In this document: in pieces, positions 12,290-24,925 of the stretch | Layout of the letters: every line of letters starts with the position of its first letter | How positions within the stretch are numbered: position 1 is the first letter of the stretch | The notes under the pieces: generated by a model | What the model was told of the DNA's origin: nothing | Database searches by the model: none | The model's input: only the letters and a program-made list of their open reading frames with translations | Assembly (NCBI RefSeq): GCF_963921235.1 | Contig: NC_086108.1 | Location: 35,466,001-35,530,000 of the forward strand | Reading direction: 5' to 3' | Length of the DNA stretch: 64,000 nt | Origin: Mobula hypostoma | Taxonomy: Eukaryota | Translations under genes and position numbers: made by a program

Positions 12290-13300
12290 GCAGCGAGTTA
12301 TAAAAGTAGTATAAGTTACAAAATAAATGGCACAAAAGAACAGTAATGAGGTGGTATTCATGGGCTTATGGACCATACAGAAATCTGATGGTGGAGGAGG
12401 ACAAGTTATTCCTAAAACATTGAATGTGGGTATTTAGGTGTGGGTCGTCTAGCGTTTATACCTCCTTCCTGATGGTAATAAGGCAATGAGGTCATGTCTC
12501 ATCTGGTGAGGGATCTTAATGGTTGATGTCGCCCTCTTCGTGCACAGCCCCTTGGAGATGTTTTTGATGGCTGGGAGAGTCTTCCCATAAGGGAACTATC
12601 TGAGACTACAACCCTCTGCGGCTTCTCGTGATCCTGTGCGTTGGAGCTTGTATACCTCCATGTCATGCAACCAATCAGAATGCATCTTACTGTACACCTG
12701 TAAAATTTTGAAAGAGTCTTTGGCGCCATACAAAATCTCCTCAAACTCCAAAGGAAGCTGAGCTGCTGGCCTGCCTTCTTTGATTGCATCAATGTATTGG
12801 GCCCAGCATTGATTCTCTGAGATGTTTATTTATTTATGTTGGGAATCAGCACAGTAACTGGCCTTCAGGCCCAACAGGCCAGCACCACCTGATTACACCC
12901 CTGTGACTAATTATCTACAAATCCATACAAATTTCGGGTGTGAAGGAAAATGGAGCACCTGGAGGAAACCCACATGGTCACGGGGAATACGTACAAACTC
13001 CTTGTAGACAGCAATGGGATTGAATCTGGACCACTGGCCCAGCAATTGTATAGCTCACCACTATACTACCACGCCACTCCAGGATGCCTAGGAACCTGAA
13101 GCAGCCCCCTCTTTCCATCACTGACCCCTCACAGAAAATTAATGAGTATTCTTTTGACTTCCTCTTCCTGAAGTCCGCAATCAATTTCTTGGCTTTGCTG
13201 GCATTGAGTGTAAGGTTATCATTGCAGCACCACACAACCAGTGAATCTGTCTCACTCCCACACATCTTCTCGTTACCATCTGAGATGGCCAAAAGTGAGA
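12290..13300 (-). mobile_element. Rex1/Babar LINE fragment split by a V-SINE
   Basis: KKAGQQLSFLWSLRRF...FYRCTVRCILIGC and WCCNDNLTLNASKAKKLIADFRK. Confidence 0.7.
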
Positions 13301-14486
13301 GATACACATATAACATCTGATAACTGATGGAGCCAAACATCTCCAACATCTCTGAAGCTTGCTGGAACATCTAGAGAGAGACTTCAATTTGCCTATCGTA
13401 GCAACAGGTAAACAGAGGACGCCATCTCCACGGCACTTCACTCTGCCCTGACCCACCTGGACAGCCCCAACTCTTACGTCAGAATGCTGTTCATTGACTT
13501 CAGTTCGGCATTCAATACTGTGATCCCCTCCAAGCTGATCGCCAAACTTTGACAGCTTGGTATCAGCTCATCCCTCTGCAATTGGACCTTGGACTTTCTG
13601 ACTAACAGTCCCCAATCAGTTAAGTTAGACAAACTCTCCTGCTCCACTCTCACCCTGAACACCGGCATGCCTCAAGGCTGTGTGCTGAGCTCTCTTCTGT
13701 ACTCCCCTTTTACCTATGACTGCGTTCCTGTACATGGTTCTAACTCCATAATCAAGTTTGCAGACGACACCACGGTAGTTGGCCTGATCAGAGGGGATGA
13801 CGAGACGGCCTACAGGGACGAGGTCCAGCACCTGGCCACGTGGTGCGCCAACAACAATCTGGCCCTTAACACCCATGACCATGACCAAGGAGATCATTGT
13901 GGACTTCAGGCATGCTAGGAGCCACACTCACGTCCCCATCTACATCAATGGAGCTGTAGTGGAGCGTGTATCAAGCTTTGAATTCCTTGGTGTCCACATT
14001 TCCGAGGATCTCACTTTGTCCCTGAACTCCTCCATCCTGATCAAAAAGGCGCAACAGCACCTTTATTTCCTGCAGAGCATCAAGAAAGCTCACCTCTGTC
14101 CCAGGATACTGACAGACTTTTACTGCTGTACCATTGAGAGCATACTCACCAACTGCATCTCAGTGTGGTATGGCAATTGTCCCGTATCGGACCACAAAGC
14201 ACTCCAGCATGTGGTGAAAACTGCCCAGCGGATTATCGGCACCCAATTGCCCACCATTGAGAACATCTACCATAAACGCTGCCTGGGCAGGGCGAAAAGC
14301 ATTATCAAGGATGCATCTCACCCCAACCATGGACTTTTCACTCTCCTCCCATCCGGTAGATGTGTTGGGCACGTGGCCAAGTGGATAAGGCGTTCGTCTC
14401 GTTATCTCAAGGTCACTAGTTTGAGCCTCAGCTGTGGCAGTGTGTTTGTGCCCTTGAGCAAGGCACTTAATCACACATTGCTCTAG

Positions 14487-15068
14487 CCTATTCTCTGTCC
14501 GCCAAAGAAAGCAGGATCTCCCAGTGGCACACATTTTAATTCCATGTCCCATTCCCATTCTGACATGTCTGTCAAGATGAAGTCACACTCAGGTTGGAGG
14601 AACAAGACCTTATATTCCGTCTGGGTAGCCTCCAACCTGATGGCATGAACATTGACTTCTCAAACTTCCGCTAATGCCCCACCTCCCCCTCATACCCCAT
14701 CCGTTATTTATTTATATACACACATTCTTTCTCTCTCTTTCCTTTTTCTCCCTCTGTCCCTCTAACTATACCCCTTGCCCATCCTCTGGGTTCCCCCCCA
14801 CCCCTTTTCCTTCTCCCTGGGCCTCCTGTCCCATCATCCTCTCATATCCCTTTTGCCAATCACCTGTCCAGCTCTTGGCTCCATCCCTCCCCCTCCTGTC
14901 TTCTCCTATCATTTTGGATCTTCCCCTCCCCCTCCCACTTTCAAATCTCTTACTAGCTCTTCTTTCAGTTAGTCCTGACGAAGTGTCTCAGCCCGAAACG
15001 TCGAATGTACCTCTTCCTGAGATGCTGCCTGGCCTTCTGCATTCACTATCAACTTTTTTGTGTATTGC
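14487..15068 (+). mobile_element. Penelope-like element 3' fragment
   Basis: Near-identical to 27645-28248. Flanked by TTGCTCTAG (14478-14486 / 15069-15077). Hammerhead at 14971-15006. Confidence 0.85.
14971..15006 (+). ncRNA. Hammerhead ribozyme copy (stem mismatches)
   Basis: AGTC CTGACGA A GTGT CTCA GCCC GAAAC GTC GAAT. Confidence 0.6.
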
Positions 15069-15654
15069 TTGCTCTAGTCTGTGCGAGGAGTGGCGCCCCA
15101 CACAGACTTCCAATCTGCGCCTTGTAAGGCACGGAAATGCCCGACGCAGGCCTCTCATGGTAGGCGCTGCAGGAGCCTCCGCTCCCACACCAGCAGGCAC
15201 AGGAAGAGCTTCTTCCCTGAGGCTGTGACCCTGCTGAACCTCACATCACAGCGTTAAGCAATATTGCACCCATATTGTAGTGTCTCAGTACTTTTATATT
15301 TGTGTGCTGTAGCATTTACTTTTTATTCGCAGTTATTTTGTAAATAACACTATTCTTTGCATTTCTGGTCAGATGCTAACTGCATTTCATTGGCTTTGTA
15401 TCTGTATTCAGCACAACGACAATAAAATTGAATCTAATCTAATCTAATCTAATCTAATCAACACAATAACCTTTGTTGCAAATCATTGTTCTTGTTGTGC
15501 AGCAGTTTCCTCAGCCTGGTATCATGGTAACCTGATTACAATCAGGTTGCTTCATTGGTTTTATTTTATTTAGAGGTACAGTATGGTAACAGGCCCTTCT
15601 TGTCCAATGATCCCACGCCACCCAATTACACCCAACTGACCAATTAACGTACTC

Positions 15655-16068
15655 GTCGTGGCTACCCCTCGAGGTGAAGGATGATGGTATTTGTTCTGAA
15701 GAAGTGGCCCACAGAGCGAAGATGCCCATGCATGTATTTGTTTAACGTGTACTTGATGTTGCACTCCAAGAAGCACACGATACTTCACAAATCAACCAAC
15801 TGATTCCAATGGCATGGAAACCATGACGATTGGAGCTGATGGATTTGTTGCAGCCTCCATCCGCCTTCACAGCCATTGAGTTCGAAGTAACTTCGTCTGC
15901 CTGTTCCACCGTTGAGGTCTTGGTTGGACTGTTCTTTGTCAGGGACCTCATCCTCGACCTTACCGCCATGGGTGACCCTACCAGGAGCATAGCTCCAGAC
16001 GGCATTGCTCTCGGGACCACAGGACCACACAAGCTTCTCCACCATGACAAGGTGACAATCCACGGAGA
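15655..16068 (-). mobile_element. RTE/Expander-5'-like non-autonomous element inserted in a V-SINE
   Basis: rc begins caccttgtcatggtggagaagcttg...cctggtagggtcacccatggc, resembling RTE-clade 5' UTRs. V-SINE halves lie either side. Confidence 0.55.
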
Positions 16069-16671
16069 AGAATTAACCTACTAACACGTACATCGTTGGA
16101 ATGTGGGATGAAACCAGGAGCACCAGGGGATAGGCACGTGATCACGGGAAGCCAATATAAGCTCCTTATAGGCAGCACGGAATACTGTCTTATATGATGA
16201 GAAATTTATTGTTTTGAGGCAGTACTACAGTGCAAAAGCATAACATTACTATAAATTACAAAATAAATAATTGCTACAAAAAAAGAATAATGAGGTAGTG
16301 CTCATAGGTCCATGGACTATTCGGAAACATGACAATGGAGGAGAAGGAGTAGGTCTTTTATGAGAACCATTTTTCTCCATGTCCCTCATATGTTTACCCT
16401 ACTTCCTCTAAATGCATCTGATGTTATTCACCCCCATCTGTGGATGTGGAACCTTGTTCCACTTTCTTAGCACTGCCTTGCCGATTAAGTTATATTTATG
16501 AATTTCCCTTTTTTCGATTCCTGGTAACTTCTTTATATTCATGCCTTTTAGTGCCAACTATTTTTACATTTCTGCATGGAACACAAGAACATTGGAAAAT
16601 TGGCACAGAATCAGACCTTCAGTCCCTCAAGGCTGCTCCATCATTCAATATGTTATGGCTAATCTCTCCCT

Positions 16672-17255
16672 TAAGGTTGTTACAGCCACAGGTGGTAGTG
16701 GGGACAAGCTTCCACTACCTATTAAATGCTCCCAATGGCGTGCACCACAAATAGCCTCTGACAACCAAGACCAGGTCCTGGACTTCATGTGTGGCTTATC
16801 TACCTAGCCCAATGGTACCATTTCTACTGGCAAGAGAAGGAGCAAAGGTGAGTTACTGGCACCTTAAAACCAGTCGCTTCGGGCAGATGGGGCTTGTCAG
16901 CCATGTTTGGTAGCTCATCTAGAAGAAGGAAAACTCTGATCTCAAACCTCCGCTGCCTTGCGGCTATACCCGCTCATGGGGAAGGCTTCGGCAGTAAACT
17001 CCCAGGGAAAAATCCGAAACTGGAGTCACTAAGGCAGTCCTGCACTAAGTTCAACACTGACTGGCAAATCCTGCTATGCTGCTGGTACCAAACTGCATCA
17101 GTCTCTGTCATTCCTTTGGCTTCATCAGTTGTATGGAGAGGGTAGCTTGCTACATGGGTAATAGCTTGCTCTCCATATTGTACTGTCCAGGCTTGTGTAT
17201 CTAGACAGCTCTGACACAATATTCATGGTTGACTCTGACCAACGGAGGCCTCAGG
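16672..17255 (+). mobile_element. RTE-related non-autonomous element
   Basis: Contains ctagaagaaggaaaactctgatctcaaacc, resembling RTE 5' UTR. No coding capacity. Confidence 0.45.
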
Positions 17256-17295
17256 CTCAGAACCTATCCCAGGCCTCGCCATATCTTTTGTGCTG

Positions 17296-18575
17296 AATCA
17301 TGTCTGACGAATCTCATAGAATTTTTTGAGGATATAACTAGTAGAGTGGATAGGGGAGAACCAGTGGATGTGGTATATTGGATTTTCAAAAGGCTTTTGA
17401 CAAGGTCCCACACAGGAGATTAGTGTGCAAACTTAAAGCACACGGTATTGGGGGTAAGGTATTGATGTGGATAGAGAATTGGTTAGCAGACAGGAAGCAA
17501 AGAGTGGGAATAAATGGGACCTTTTCAGAATGGCAGGCGGTGACTAGTGGGATACCGCAAGGCTCAGTGCTGGGACCCCAGTTGTTTACAATATATATTA
17601 ATGACTTGGATGAGGGAATTAAATGTAGCATCTCCAAGTTTGCGGATGACACGAAGCTGGGTGGCAGTGTTAGTTGTGAGGAGGATGATAAGAGGATGCA
17701 GAGTGACTTGGATAGGTTGGGTGAGTGGGCAAATTCATGGCAGATGCAATTTAATGTGGATAAATGTGAAGTTATCCACTTTGGTGGCAAAAATAGGAAA
17801 ACAGATTATTATCTGAATGGTGGCCGATTAGGAAAAGGGGAGGTGCAACGAGACCTGGGTGTCATTATACACCAGTCATTGAAAGTGGGCATGCAGGTAC
17901 AGCAGGCGGTGAAAAAGGCGAATGGTATGCTGGCATTTATAGCGAGAGGATTCGAGTACAGGAGCAGGGAGGTACTACTGCAGTTGTACAAGGCCTTGGT
18001 GAGACCACACCTGGAGTATTGTGTGCAGTTTTGGTCCCCTAATCTGAGGAAAGACATCCTTGCCATAGAGGGAGTACAAAGAAGGTTCACCAGATTGATT
18101 CCTGGGATGGCAGGACTTTCATATGAAGAAAGACTGGATGAACTGGGCTTGTACTTGTTGGAATTTAGAAGATTGAGGGGGGATCTGATTGAAACGTATA
18201 AAATCCTAAAGGGATAGGACAGGCTAGATGCAGGAAGATTGTTCTCGATGTTGGGGAAGTCCAGAACGAGGGGCCACAGTTTGAGGATAGAGGGGAAGCC
18301 TTTTAGGACCGAGATTAGGAAAAACTTCTTCACACAGAGAGTGGTGAATCTGTGGAATTCTCTGCCACAGGAAACAGTTGAGGCCAGTTCATTGGTTATA
18401 TTTAAGAGGGAGTTAGATATGGCCCTCGTGGCTACGGGGGTCAGGGGGTATGGAGGGAAGGCTGGGGCGGGGTTCTGAGTTGGATGATCAGCCATGATCA
18501 TAATAAATGGCGGTGCAGGCTCGAAGGGCCGAATGGCCTACCCCTGCACCTATTTTCTATGATTCTATGTTTCTA
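17296..18575 (+). mobile_element. CR1 LINE, young family A, copy 1 (5'-truncated)
   Basis: RT (DFQKAFDKVPH, PQGSVLGP, KFADDT), 3' tail (TTCTATG)n. Frameshift and stop present. Confidence 0.95.
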
Positions 18576-19074
18576 TCCCCATGGTCCACAATACTAGGGG
18601 CAGTCAAGATTTTGTCCACCTCTTATTTAGATACCAGCAGACTTGTGGTAGAATGGTAGAGAAATCCATTTATTTACTCTCCTCTGCAAGTCGTTCTTCA
18701 GCATCCACTCTTTAATAACCATTTCTTAAGTCTGCAACTATGATGTGCCATTCACATTTTCCCACTCATAGAAACATCTCAACATCCACCCCGTCAATCA
18801 AAAGTTTCAACGAGGTCTTCCTTAAATTCTTCATGATATGGAGATCAGAACTTTACACTTCGTGGTCTTATCAAAGTTAATACAAATTAATCTATCTGGA
18901 AATAAAAGATGACATTTGTTCTGATATATATCTGGCATTTTTAATGGATGTCAATTTTTTTAACAACTGGGTAGCTGAATGTTAAGATTTAAATACACAT
19001 TTAGACACTTGGGTCCTAATGGTCTGTATTTCGATGCTGCACAGATCATCTGGCAAGGGTACTTGCAGACATTT

Positions 19075-20640
19075 TTAACCTCACCATGATTCAATCAGAG
19101 TTCCCACCCCCAACAAGACTGCTATCATCCTGGTACCTAAGAAAAAGAAGATAATGTTCCTTAATAACTACCGCCCAGCGGCTCTCACATCCACCATCAT
19201 GAAGTGCTTCAAGGGGCTGGTCACAGCATGCGTTAACTTCAGCTTCCTAGACAAACCTCAGTCTTCTGCATCTCACCTACCACCATGACATATCTACAGC
19301 AGATGCCATCTTCTAGGCCCTCCATTCCTCTCTGCAGCATTTAGATAGTAAAGACACCTAAGATAGACTATTGTTTACTGACTTTAACTCCACCCTTAGT
19401 ACTGTAATTTCAAGCAAACAACCCTTCAACCCATGAACAGCAGTTCACATTTTGCTCTATTTTTGCACTACTTTTTTAAAATATTTGTTACCGTAACATA
19501 GTGTAGTTTTTATGCATTGCATTGTACTGCTGCCACAACACATCAATTTCACGACATATTTCAGCAATAATAAACCTGATTCTGATCTACAAATTCCTAA
19601 ATCTGGGACTCAGATGGATCCTTGACTCCCCAATGAACAGACTGCGATCAGTAAGAACAGGCAGCCACAGTTACTCTCAACACTGGTGCCCGACAGGGCT
19701 GAATCCTCAACGACCTGCTCCTATACGCTTGCAACTGTGTGCCTAGATTCTGCTCTGACTGCATTGGGGAAATTTGCTGGCGATACCACTGTAGTGGGCT
19801 ACATCTCAAATAATGAGTCGGAGTACCGGAAGAAGATGAAGAGCTCAGTGACATATCGTCCTGACAATAACCTTTCCATCATGAATCCATCACGAAAAAA
19901 ATAACCCTTCCATCAAGAAACAAAAGAGCTGGTCATTTTCTTCAGGAAGGGGCAATGTACATACTCTTGTTTACATCAGTGGGATGCAGTGAGATCAAAA
20001 GGGTTGAGAGTCTCAGGTTCCCAGGGGTGAACATCACCAATAGCGTCTCCTCTTCCAACTACGTTGACACCACATTCAGAGAGGTTCACTAGTGCCCCTA
20101 CTTCCTCAAGCAGCTAAAGAAATTTTCCACGTCCCCTTTGATTCTCACCAATTTTGATCGATGCACCATGTGTTATCCAGCTGCACAGCGTCCTGGTATG
20201 GCAACTGCTCTGCCTACGGCCACAAGAAACTGCCGAGCTGCAGACACAACACAGCACCTCCTGGAAACCAACCTTCCCTTCCCAGGTTCTGTCTGGACTT
20301 CTCACTGCCTCAGTAAAGCTGCCAGCAAAATCAAAGTCACCACCCACCATAGACATTCTGTCTTCTCCCTTCTGCTATCAGGCAGGAGATACAAAAGTCT
20401 GAGAGCACATACCACCAGGCTTAAGGATGGCTTTTATCCTGCTGTTGTAAGAATTTTGAATGATCCCTAGTACTAGAAGGTGGGCTCTTGACCTCACAAT
20501 CAACCTCTTTATGACCTTGCACCTTACTGTCTACCTGCCCTGCATTTTCTTTGCATGGTTAACACTTTATTCTTCATGTCTGTACTACTTCAATGCACAA
20601 TTGTAATGAATTAATGAATTAATCTATCAATATATGTCAG
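19075..20640 (+). mobile_element. Degenerate Rex1/Babar LINE
   Basis: Remnants NNYRPAALTSTIMKCF, KFAGDTTVVGYI, SGRRYKSLRAHTTRLKDGFYP. Confidence 0.75.
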
Positions 20641-20728
20641 AATCAGAATCAGGTTTATTATCATCGAAATTTGTTAACTTAGCAGCAGCAGTTCAATGCA
20701 ATACATAATATAGAAGAAAAAATAAATA

Positions 20729-21077
20729 GGGCCGGCTGGTGGCGCAATGACATCAGCACCAGACCTGGGAGCGGAGGTTTCCGGGTTCGATACTAGTCGG
20801 GTCCGCCCCTGAGTATGCTTTCCATCCGTGCTGGGTTGAGTGTCGAGATCCTGACTCCACCTCATAAAATGGAGGGAAAATACTGCGAAGACGTCTGTGT
20901 GTGGATTGGCGGGACACAGTGTCTCTCTCCCTCTCGCTCTGCCCCTTGTAAAAGCCATGAAAAAGACATCATCATGGACGCACGCATGGACACACAGAAG
21001 CACATGCACAGACACGCATGCAGGCACACGGCAAAAATAAATACACAAACAAACAAACAAACAAACAAACAACTAAA
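20729..21077 (+). mobile_element. tRNA-derived SINE with (CAAA)n tail
   Basis: A box TGGCGCAATGA at 20740, B box GGTTCGATAC at 20784, 3' simple-repeat tail. Confidence 0.75.
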
Positions 21078-21081
21078 TTAG

Positions 21082-21303
21082 TAACACGCGTAAAAATTGC
21101 TGCTGAACGCAGCAGGCCAAGCAGCATCTATAGGAAGAGGGTTAGTCGACGTTTCGGGCCGAGACCCTTTGTCAGGACTAACTGAAAGAAGAGATAGTAA
21201 GAGATTTGAAAGTGAGAGGGGAGGGGGAGATCCGAAATGATAGGAGAAGACAGGAGGGGGAGGGATGGAGCTAAGAGCTGGAAAGTTGATTGGCAAAAGG
21301 GAT
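21082..21303 (-). mobile_element. Penelope-like terminal fragment
   Basis: Reverse complement of the ~28030-28248 sequence. Hammerhead at 21141-21182. Confidence 0.85.
21141..21182 (-). ncRNA. Hammerhead ribozyme copy (core G-to-A mutation, 7-bp stem I)
   Basis: rc: GTTAGTC CTGACAA A GGGT CTCG GCCC GAAAC GTC GACTAAC. Confidence 0.65.
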
Positions 21304-23424
21304 CAATAAATAAATTACAGTATATGTATATTGGAGATTAAAAATCATGCAAAAACAGAAATAATATATATTGAAAAAGTGAGGTAGTGTTCACGGGTTA
21401 AATGTCCATTTTGGAATCGGATGGCAGAGGGGAACAAGCTGTTCCTGAATCACTGAGTGTGTGCCTTCAGGCTTCTGTATCTCCTACCTGATGGTAACAG
21501 TGAGAAAAGGGCATGCCCTGGGTGCTGGAGATCCTTAATAATGGACACTGCCTTTCTGAGACACCGCTCCCTGAAGATGTTCTGGGTACCTTGTAGGCTA
21601 GTACCCAAGATGGAGCTGACTAGATTTACAACTTTCTGCAGCTTCTTTCGGTCCTGTGCAGTAGCCCCTCCATACCAGACAGTGATGCAGCCTGTCAGAA
21701 TGCTCTCCACAGTACAACTATAGAAGATTTTGAGTGTATTTGTTGACAAACCAAATTGTGACAATAATAAATCAATTTACCAATTTCCATGTAGGGCGTA
21801 GAAGCCCACTTGAAAGACACCTCCTCCACCACCGTTCCACATACTCCGCACATTCTACTACCAATGCACAATAACAGTGGTTTATATTATTTTCAAAGAG
21901 AACTGCAACAAGTTTCAAGACTCCTTTGGACAGCGCCTTCCAAGATCGAGGAATTGTGGGCAATGGGGAAATGGCACAGTAGAGATGAGGAACCCTGGGG
22001 TAGATCAGTCATAGCATATTCAATGATAGTCCCCTACCAGCGAAAAGGACAAGGGCAATAAAAGTATGGAAATGCCATTACATGGAAGTTGTCTGCCAAC
22101 CCACAGAACAACCTTACTCAGAATATGTTATTGTTCCTTCACTGGGTCAAACATCTGGAATTCTCTCCCTAACAGGGAATACGTTCAGCTTATACCAACA
22201 CCTTAAGTTCTGCACTGGTTTAAGAAAGCAATTCACCACTGAGCTGTCATAGGCAATTAGAGATGGACAATTAAATGCTGCTGCATCTTGCGATGCCCAC
22301 ATCCTTGGAATGAATGATAGAAGAGATATCTGGGAGCATATCAAGGAACGAGGATTAACTTTATTCACCATATATATTTACCTTCTTTAGGAATTTACTC
22401 TGGTGTGTATCATGCAACAAAAAAAAATTATTCAACAATTACAAAGATTTATATTAAAATAAAATTAGAGGTTAAAATAAGTACGTAATTACCAGCATGT
22501 ACTTACAATGTAAACAGCATTATACAATGTGGTTTAAAATGCTTACTGTGCAGTGCAGTGTCTGGGGTAATAGATAGAGGGGGTGGGGAAGGCTAACCAG
22601 AATGGTTGATCAGATAGGGGAAGAATTTTTAAATTTGGCATGGAGGTTTTGTTTTAATAGCTCTATAGTGCTTTCCAGAAGGGAATTTTTGGAAAAGGCA
22701 GTTTTCAGGCTGGTATCCACCATAATTTTTCCTACCCTCTTCTTTGTCCTGGACAGTAATTTGATGCAGTTTAGCAAACAGTTCAAAGTCCAGGCCGAGG
22801 CTACATAGAATATGGATTACCACACTCACTATCAAACGGAGCCCTGCTTGATATTGAGATTTGCCGATTGTTGAAACCAGGCATATGGGTCAAAAATCAC
22901 CCGATGGAGTCGGCGAGAACATCATGGTAGCGTAGCAGTTGGTGTAGCGCTTTTACAGGGCTAGCAACCTCGATCTGGTTCTCCTGCTGTCTGAAAGGGG
23001 TTTGCACATCTTCATCGACAGTGTGTAGGGTTTCCCCAGGTGCTCCAGTTTCTTCCCACTTGCCAAAGACATACTGGTCAGTAAATTAATTGGTCACATG
23101 CGTGTAATCGTGTGGTTCAAGTTCAAGGGCTGAGAGGGTCTGCTATCATGCTTGATCTTTAAATTAAAAATTAAAATAAACTTAAAATCAGACATAATCT
23201 CACTATTCAGGTAAACAGTTTGAGGAGCTGCTTTGATCCCAGAGCAACATGGGAAGAGATGGACATCATGGTATATCACTGAAGGTTCTGTCATGCTCTA
23301 GTACATTCTGTGGCTCTCTGAACATGAAAGACCCTTGGTCCTACAGGTCACTGTGCCGTCCTTTTCTGCCTCTTTGCAATGTCAAATTGCTCTTTGCAAA
23401 GCAAAGCTGTTGGTTTATAAAGAG

Positions 23425-24925
23425 ATGTGGAAGACATCTGCACCTTGGAAGGCACTAGCAGGACGGTGGATGTTCCAAGTGTCAGGGGGCATGAAGCGCG
23501 TGAAGTTACTATAACTAGAGAGAAGGTTCTTGGGAAACTGAAAGGTCTAAAGGCAGATAATTCACCAGAACCAGATGGTGTACACTGCAGACTTCTGAAA
23601 GAGATGGCTGAAGAGGTCATGGAGGCACTAGTAATGACCTTTCAAGAAGCACTAAATTCTGGAATGGTTGCGGAAGACTGAAAAGTTGCAAATGTCACTC
23701 CAGTCTTCAAGAAGGGAGAGAGGTAGAAGAAAGGAAACTATAGGCCAGTTAGTCTGACCTCAGTGGTTGGGAAGAAGTTTGAATCGATTATTAAGGATGA
23801 GGTCTCAGGGTACTTGGAGGTACATGATAAAATAGGCCGTAATCAGCGTGGTTTCTTCAAGGGAAAATCTTGCCTGACAAAATCTGTTGGAATTCATTGA
23901 AGGAGTAACAAGCAGCATTGACAATGGAGAATCGGTGGATGTTGTGTATTTGGACTTTCAGAAGGCCTTTGACAAGCTGCCACACATGAGGTTGCTTAAC
24001 AAGCTATGAGCCCATGGTATTACAGGAAAGACTCGAGCATAGATAAAGTGGTGGCTGATTGGCAGGAGGCAAAGTGTGGAAATAAAGGGAGCCTTTTCTG
24101 ACTGGCTGTTCCACAGGGGTCTGTGTTGGGACCGATTCCTTTTATGTTATATGTCAATGATTTGGATGACAGAATTGATTGCTTTGTTGCAAAGTTTGCA
24201 GACGAGACGAAGCTATGTGGAGGGGCAGGTAGTTTTGAGGAAGTACAGAAGCTACAGAAGGACTTCGACAGTTTAGAAGAACGGGCAAAGAAATGGCAGA
24301 TGGAATATGGTGTCAGGAAGTGAACTTTGGTAGAAGAAATGAAAAGTTTGACTATTTTCTAAATGGAGTGAAAATACAAAACCCTGAGATGCAAGGGGAC
24401 TTGGGAGTCCTTGTGCAGGATTCCCTAAAGGTTAATTTGCAGGTTGAGACTGTAGTGAGGAAAGCATATGCAATGTTAGCATTCATTTCAAGAGGACTAG
24501 AATATAAAAGCAGGGATGTAATGCTGAAACTTTATAATGCACTGATGAGACCTCACTTGGAATATTGTGGGCAATTTAAGGCCCCTTATCTTAGAAAGTG
24601 TGTGCTGAAACTGGAGAGTGTTCAAAGGAGATTTATAAAAATGATTCCAGGATTGAATGGCTTGTCATATGAAGAGCATCTGATGGCTCTGTGTCTGTAT
24701 TCACTAGAATTCAGAAGAATAAGGGATGACCTTAATGAAACCTATTGAATGGTGAAAGGCCTTGATAGAGTGGATGTGAAAAGGACGTGGGAGAGTCCAA
24801 GACTGGTGGACGCAGCCTCAGAATAGAGGGTTGTCCTTTCAGAATAGAGATGAGGAGGAATTTCTTTAGCCAGAGAGTTGAGAATCTGTGGAATTCTTTG
24901 CCACAGGCAGCTGTGGAGGTCAAAT
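23425..24925 (+). mobile_element. Older CR1 LINE ORF2 fragment
   Basis: LKADNSPEPDG, KFADETKL, LMRPHLEYC, with many stops and frameshifts. Confidence 0.9.

Larger units (their letters stand above)
14360..15160 (+). mobile_element. tRNA-derived SINE with CORE-like segment, itself interrupted by Penelope
   Basis: A-box tggccaagtgg, CORE-like cccttgagcaaggcacttaa. Resumes after 15077. Possible GGTAG duplication at the flanks. Confidence 0.6.
13382..15460 (+). mobile_element. Rex1/Babar LINE 3' half, interrupted at 14360-15160
   Basis: RT motifs [14 protein letters not shown]...KFADDTT, KKAQQHLYFL, 3' AATAAA plus (AATCT)n tail. Confidence 0.9.
20639..21758 (-). mobile_element. Rex1/Babar LINE 3' end, split by SINE and Penelope insertions
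   Basis: [19 protein letters not shown]...LPSGRRYRS, (ATTCTG)n tail. Same family as 30690-32016. Confidence 0.85.

Noticed and set aside
15432..15460. Short tandem repeats as a CRISPR or satellite array
   Set aside because: Simple-repeat LINE/SINE tails without spacers, in a eukaryotic context.
16020..16068. Possible HDV-like ribozyme at RTE-like 5' ends (also ~16770-16850)
   Set aside because: Only a P3/L3-like hairpin is visible. I could not assign P1, P1.1, P2 or the catalytic C. Needs a descriptor-based search.
17809..18501. Long antisense ORFs over CR1 ORF2 (also 34641-35417, 42610-43302, 48860-49393, 60436-61449)
   Set aside because: Shadow frames of LINE coding sequence that recur with each copy. 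No independent protein signature.
20729..20810. tRNA genes at SINE heads (also 14365-14435)
   Set aside because: A/B boxes are present but there is no clean cloverleaf, and they continue into SINE bodies.
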